Positions 58,313 to 64,000 of a stretch of DNA of 64,000 nt are shown here, piece after piece. The position numbers were made by a program, and so were the translations under genes. Below the pieces are notes generated by a model. It ran no database searches, had not been told where the DNA came from, and saw nothing but the letters and a program-made list of their open reading frames with translations. How positions within the stretch are numbered: position 1 is the stretch's first letter; the number at the start of each line of letters is the position of its first letter. This DNA comes from Stegostoma tigrinum (taxonomy: Eukaryota). Where the stretch lies: positions 806,001-870,000 of the forward strand of contig NC_081392.1 in assembly GCF_030684315.1 (NCBI RefSeq), read 5' to 3'.

Positions 58313-60019
58313 TGTATGTGTCACACTTCCCTTAACTCAAGAAACGCTGGTTAGTTTGTCTCCTTTAAAAATATACATGCGTTTTGACTGGGAAAAGGTA
58401 TCCATGAAGGAGGGGATCCTCTTTTAAATTAACCTTGTTGCGACCCACCAAGAGAAAGGCTAAATTATGAGGGGGTGGGGCAGTTCAGGCCTCCTCACTT
58501 GGCAGCTTTAACTATTTGACAGTATCCCACTCAAAATCGTAACAAACTGGAGATCCCATCCTGGGCCCAATCTTAATATACTTTACAGTTTAATGGTTCG
58601 TCTTCCAACAGTTTCAAAGCGAAATAGGCTTATGTCCAAGCCCCTACTCATTTAGAATTTTCCCCAGAAGCTCTTAATTTTTGCCTTCTCTGCAGTTAAA
58701 TAAAAAGTTTACTTGCACACTAAGTCAACTGGCTATCCCTACAATCTATCATAATTGAAAGCATATCAGAACTACATCACTTCCTGATCAGAGAATTTCT
58801 CAATGCCAATTGCAGTAGTCACCTACACAGAAGCTCAGCTACAAAGATTTGTGGGCTATCTTTAAACCTTGTATTTAGGCCTGTAAACTTTTTGCCCTGA
58901 ATCTAAATATCAAGAAAACAATGGCCATAAATCAAGATGTCACCTCTCGAACCCAGACCACACAAATGAAACCCCACAGGAAGTGAAGAGTAAATGCTAC
59001 CTCAGGCTTAGGGCTACAGGCAATCCATCCCTCAATACAGGACTTGATACATGCAGATGGAAAGCCTTTAACTCCAAACATTGCTGGAATAACATCAAAT
59101 GCACCATGAGGAGGACAAAGTAAATGATTTTTGAGGCCTATGTTCTTTGCACCTTGTTGAGTGATTGAAAAACATAGACAACTATAGCATTCAGACAAGA
59201 AATCCCAACAAGTTCCACCTTTCCTGTCTGCTGTGCATGATGGGTACATCCTGACAGGACAGAATTACAAAACGTCACACCTTTCTAAGAGAGGACTTCC
59301 AAATTTGTTTGCACTTGTCAAGCAGAGACAGCTTTGCCAGCAGAATGAAAGATGGTCATATAAACTTTCTGTATGGCGAGGTAGCCATCCCAGTCAGACT
59401 CACAAAGCTCCCTTTCAAAGAAATTTATAGAGTGACATGAAAACCATAAACATCAATTATTGAGCCAAGGAGTCAAATTCTGACAACGGAGGAAAATAAT
59501 GACACTTCTAGCGAGCACACAAGCACCACCACAGCAACCAATAGTTATAGCAGCCTAGCAACAGGTGCCAACACCAAAAACAATGACCCAAGACATCATT
59601 CAGTCACTTCATACGTGGCACTTGTGGCAGAACCTGTATCTCAATGATTGGCCTCTTCAGCCATCAGTAACTATACACACAGCTAGCCCCACTCCTCAAT
59701 CTAAAATGGATTGTTTACTGCACGTCCAACATCTCCCACTGATAGAATGATACTAACAAATTTCTAGAGGAGATAAAGTGTTAAACATTCACTTTCTCCA
59801 CTGACATACCAAGGCAATACTGTTTACCACCCACAAGGAGCAATGCAACAACTGCAGACTCTTTTTGACAGCGCATTGAATAACCAATCCCTACCATCTA
59901 GAAGGACAAAGGCAACAAATACATGGGAACACCACCAGATGCAAGATCACCCCAAGCCACACATCATCCAGGTTTGGAAAAATGCCACTGCTCCAGTGTG
60001 CTTAGCTCTAGCTCAGCAG

Positions 60020-61020
60020 GCCCATAATGACAGGCTGAAGAACATGTCCCACCATTTTGGAAAAACATGGAGTTTGGACAAAGGCAATGAAATGTGGAAT
60101 ATTTTTAAAAGCCTACAGTGTCATTGGATCACTGGGTAGGTTATGTTCTATCTAGGTTAAGGTTGAAGCAATAAATAATCCTGAGTTCAGATGTTTTTTG
60201 AGACTAGTGAATCATTACACTAATTCATGGCAATTTGACAAACCTATTGCATCCATTGGACAAACTCTTGAGGAAGGGTGTTTCATGGTTTTAGGCAAAG
60301 GTGTGTGACAAAACAGCCACGTGAATTGGAAGATGGTATAATGCCTGTTTATTATGATGTGTCCAAAATGATTAAGTTAGCATATGATGCATCTCCTTAC
60401 AGAATAGGTGCTGTGATCGCTCTTGTGTTGGATAATGCTAAGGTGAGTCTCATTGTATATGTCTCTCAAACTATCAGTGCCAGTAATGTGAAATTTTGCT
60501 AAGAAAGAGCTTGAAGCATTGTCTTTGATTTTTAGGGAAAGAAGATTTTACAAGCACTTGTACGATGTAAATTCTCATTCAAAACTGAGTATAAGCCACT
60601 GATCATTATTTCGAATCCAAGTTTAGCTGCAACTTAAATGCAGAGATGGGCTTTGAGTTTGTGTGCTTTGAAGTACAATAATAAGTACGGACAATCAGAA
60701 GATCATTGTAATACTGATGTGATGTCTACATCTCCACCTGACATAAAACCTGACAGAGAGGATATATTTTTCTTTTCACATACAAACAAATTGCCAATCA
60801 CACCAGAAGACATTGTTTTGAACAATGAATAGTTTGTTTTGACCCTACATTGTCAAGTATTTATGCCCATGTCACAAATGGGTGGCCTACACAGGTTCTG
60901 GATTTAGAAATATGTCATTTTTTTTCATTCAAAAGGATGAGTTATTAGTTGATAAGGATTGTATAACGTAGGGAGCCAGAGTTGTAATTCTGCAAAGGTA
61001 CTGTTGGATAAGGTTGAAGG
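60020..61020 (+). mobile_element. Gypsy RT/RNase H fragment
   Basis: IKLAYDASPYRIGAVI…YVSQTIS, LEALSLIF, YKPL and MQRWALSL (Gypsy RNase H). Confidence 0.8.
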
Positions 61021-61654
61021 TATCAGAACTGATAAGAGACTTCACAATGGGGTGTTTTGTGCGTGAGTCATTCTGATTGGATGAGCACTAATATTGCGGA
61101 AATCAGCAACTGCTGTCTCTACCAAATAAGGACAAAACATTCAGGATTCATCACATGCACAGATAATTCTAAATATGGCATACACTTGGGACAGAAAGAC
61201 CTGTATAAAAGCAGGCTGGGAAATCCCCGATTCCATCAGAGACTCTGACAACCAACAACTGCTAGAAGCAATATTGATGAGGAAGCGTGGTGAAGACACA
61301 CAGAAGAGTTCCAGTCTAGCCAGCTGCCAACTCTCCCAAGTAATAATGTTTGAGGTTGGCGACAGAATCCAGGGTAGTAAAAAGCAACAGTTGCAATATC
61401 TCTAGTTGTTAAATGTGTGCATTTTCGCTTCATAAACTGAGTTTCATACAGCTATAAGTGTCTCCGCCGTATATATATACTGTTGTCTCACACAGACAGG
61501 CAATAGTACCGATCACAGATCAGTGTGATTCTTGTGATCAAAACTGAGAAATGGGATTAATAGCCAATCTAGTGAAAGGTTATCTTTGGTGGCCAGGGCT
61601 AGATAAAGACATAGAAGTATCTGTCAAGCTGTAAAACAGAAGTCACCATTGGTA

Positions 61655-61809
61655 TCAGAGATAATGGGAACTGCAGATGCTGGAGAATTTCAAGATAATA
61701 AAATGTGACGCTGGATGAACACAGCAGGCCAAGCAGCATCTCAGGAGCTTGTGCTCCTGAGATGCTGCTTGGCCTGCTGTGTTCATCCAGCCTCACATTT
61801 TATTATCTT
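61655..61809 (-). mobile_element. Palindromic Penelope-derived short insertion with 14-bp TSD
   Basis: AGTCACCATTGGTA at 61641-61654 and 61810-61823. The arms fold at caggagc-ttgt-gctcctg, and the hammerhead segment is absent. Confidence 0.9.
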
Positions 61810-62054
61810 AGTCACCATTGGTACTTTGGCAGCTATAGAAATGGCCAGCTGGACTGTGATGAGAGTTTGCATGTTGAATTCGCATAATTTGAAGGACAAA
61901 AGCTATTGGAACAAAAACTGTGTTGCCTATTAACAGGAGTCCAATATTACAGAAGGACAGGGCTATCCAGAAGGTCAAGCAGTGCGTACAGGTTCAGTGA
62001 AAGCAAATGTGCTATTACCCGTAGCATTCTCCAAAACAGTCAGGACTGTGGAAA

Positions 62055-62253
62055 GAGATAATGGGAACTGCAGATGCTGGAGATTCCAAGATAATAAAAT
62101 GTGAGGCTGGATGAACACAGCAGGCCAAGCAGCATCTCAGGAGCACAAAAGCTGACGTTTCGGGCCTGGGTCTAGGCCCGAAACGTCAGCTTTTGTGCTC
62201 CTGAGATGCTGCTTGGCCTGCTGTGTTCATCCAGCCTCACATTTTATTATCTT
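62055..62253 (-). mobile_element. Palindromic Penelope-derived short insertion with 12-13-bp TSD
   Basis: GGACTGTGGAAA(G) at 62043 and 62254. The arms look identical to the 7590 element and fold inside hammerhead stem II, so CTGATGA is absent. Confidence 0.9.
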
Positions 62254-63337
62254 GGACTGTGGAAAGGTTGAGTGGTATAGGAGAAACTTTCTGAAGCAGA
62301 ATACCATTGAATATTGAGGGCAGAAAAAACTCCTGTGTTTGCTAAGAAAGTGTTTCTAAGTCAGCAAGAAGAAAATTTCATAAACCCTTTGCAACTGGCC
62401 AACTGAACAAAGAACTTTAAAGTGGGAACAGACTGACTATTCACTGAGCTTTGAATATTTGTAAAGTTGATGCTAAGGGCAAAAGGTTTGAATCTATATT
62501 TGGAATAAGAATGTTTCAAATAGTTCTTATATCATAAAATGTCATCAATGTTTTTATTGCCATCTTCATGGATGCACTGGAGAGTCAGGTTCTTTAGTAA
62601 TGCAATCCCAGAGTAGGAAATCACCCGAGCAAGTAGCACAACAGTAGAATACGAGCAAAGTTGGATGCAAAGATTTCAAATCAGAACCTGAGATGAATCA
62701 TTCCAACCAGCAGACCTTTGTAATAAAGTGACTACCCATGTGCATGCCATCAAAAGACTCAAAAGTTTGAAAGATCATATGTTTCTTGCAAGTAAATAAA
62801 AAGGCATAAATGAAACTAGCTGGAATAATATGCAGCCACTAATGCATGAGGATAATCGTGTATATATTTTGTGACTTGGGTAATTCAATGTTCTATTTTG
62901 CTGTCATCATATGACCTCTACCTTGAAGCATACACGCAATAGGCAGACATCTTGACTTCAACAATGTCTTCGCATTGAACATGCTGCTGTGTTCTACACT
63001 CAAAACAATACCCAACCCAAAACCATTCCTAGTCCTGACTATTTTAATGTTTAAGGCCCAGCAATCTTCACTAATAGCCTTGTTAATGGCACTGACAGAA
63101 GGTTAAATGTGATCTTCCAGCAAACCTCAAGTTTCCCAGTGCCACTGGGGACAAATCAACAGATGTAGACACTCAGTGACAGTCCAGGATTGCACAGGGA
63201 AACCAAATGACTAGCAATCTGTGAGTTACCAGAAACTGTAAAATCAGTTTTTCACAACACATCCTGTTGGTGGAACTATGAAAAGGCATCAAGCATCATG
63301 AATCTAGGAACCCACTAACAATTACACTGTACTCAAA

Positions 63338-64000
63338 GGAAGCAAGAACTACAGTTGCTGGAGTCAAGAGACAACAGAGTGTGGAGCTGGAGGAACACAG
63401 CAGGCCAGGCAAAATCAGAGTAGCAGAAAAGTTGACGTTTTGGGTCGGAACCCTTCTTTAGAAATGGAGGGGAGAAGGGAGCTGGGAAATAAATAGAGAA
63501 AAGAGAGGTGGGGCTGGGGAAGGTTGGTGGGATGGTGATAGGTGAGTGCAGGTAGGCGGGGGGGGGGGGATTGATCAGTGGGATGGGTGGGGTGGATAGG
63601 TGAAAGAGATGATGTACAGGTTGTGTAAGGTAAAGGAGGTGGGGATGAGAGGGAGGCTTGGTATGGGATGAGACCAGGGGTGAGGAGATTTTAAAACTAG
63701 TGAATTCCATGTTTAGGCCATCGGACGGTAGGCTCCCAAGGCAGAATATGAGGTGTTGCTCTTCCAGTTTGCAGGTGGGTGTCACTGCAACACTGTAGGG
63801 GACCTAGGATAGACATGTCATTCAGGGAGTGGGAGGAGGAGTTAAAATGATTGGCGACCAAAGGTGTTGTTGTTTGTTGCGTATAGAGCACAAATGTTCT
63901 ATGAAACGGTCTCCGAGTCCACACTTGGTTTCACCGATGTAGAGAAGGCCACATCAGGAGCAATGGATACAGTACAAAAGGTTGATGGATGTCCAGCCTG
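63338..64000 (-). mobile_element. Penelope-like element 3' end (GIY-YIG C-terminus + terminal repeat), running off the right edge
   Basis: LVANHFNSSSHSLNDMSILG and CKLEEQHLIFCLGSL…GLNMEF. Decayed hammerhead CTAAAGAAGGGTTCCGACCCAAAACGTC. Confidence 0.85.

Noticed and set aside
13405-64000. D-beta, J or C segments
   Set aside because: No GGGACAGGGGGC-like D, no FGxG J with a 12-RSS and no C-domain exon were found. Isolated CACAGTG/CACTGTG hits (e.g. 27577, 30262, 38122, 41214, 42275) lack a correctly spaced nonamer.

Overview
Eukaryotic genomic DNA, almost certainly from a cartilaginous fish (shark). The evidence is the elasmobranch-type repeat content (HE1/V-SINE, CR1, Penelope-like, Rex1, Gmr1-like Gypsy) and the V-gene style. 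The left ~20 kb is the edge of an antigen-receptor V cluster. It holds four two-exon V segments on the minus strand (37-nt leader exon, phase-1 intron, V exon ending C-A/S-W-S, 23-bp-spacer RSS) that closely resemble mammalian TRBV30. Three look intact. One (V3) has an open V exon but a GG splice donor and a GAC heptamer. An orphan leader exon with no start codon lies at ~20.0 kb in the opposite orientation. No D, J or C segments were seen. The remaining ~43 kb is nested, decayed retroelements with no host gene I can support. The most notable non-gene structure is a set of short Penelope-derived palindromic insertions with 12-15 bp target-site duplications that carry minimal hammerhead-ribozyme cores. 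TE boundaries are approximate. Family names come from recalled motifs, not database searches.
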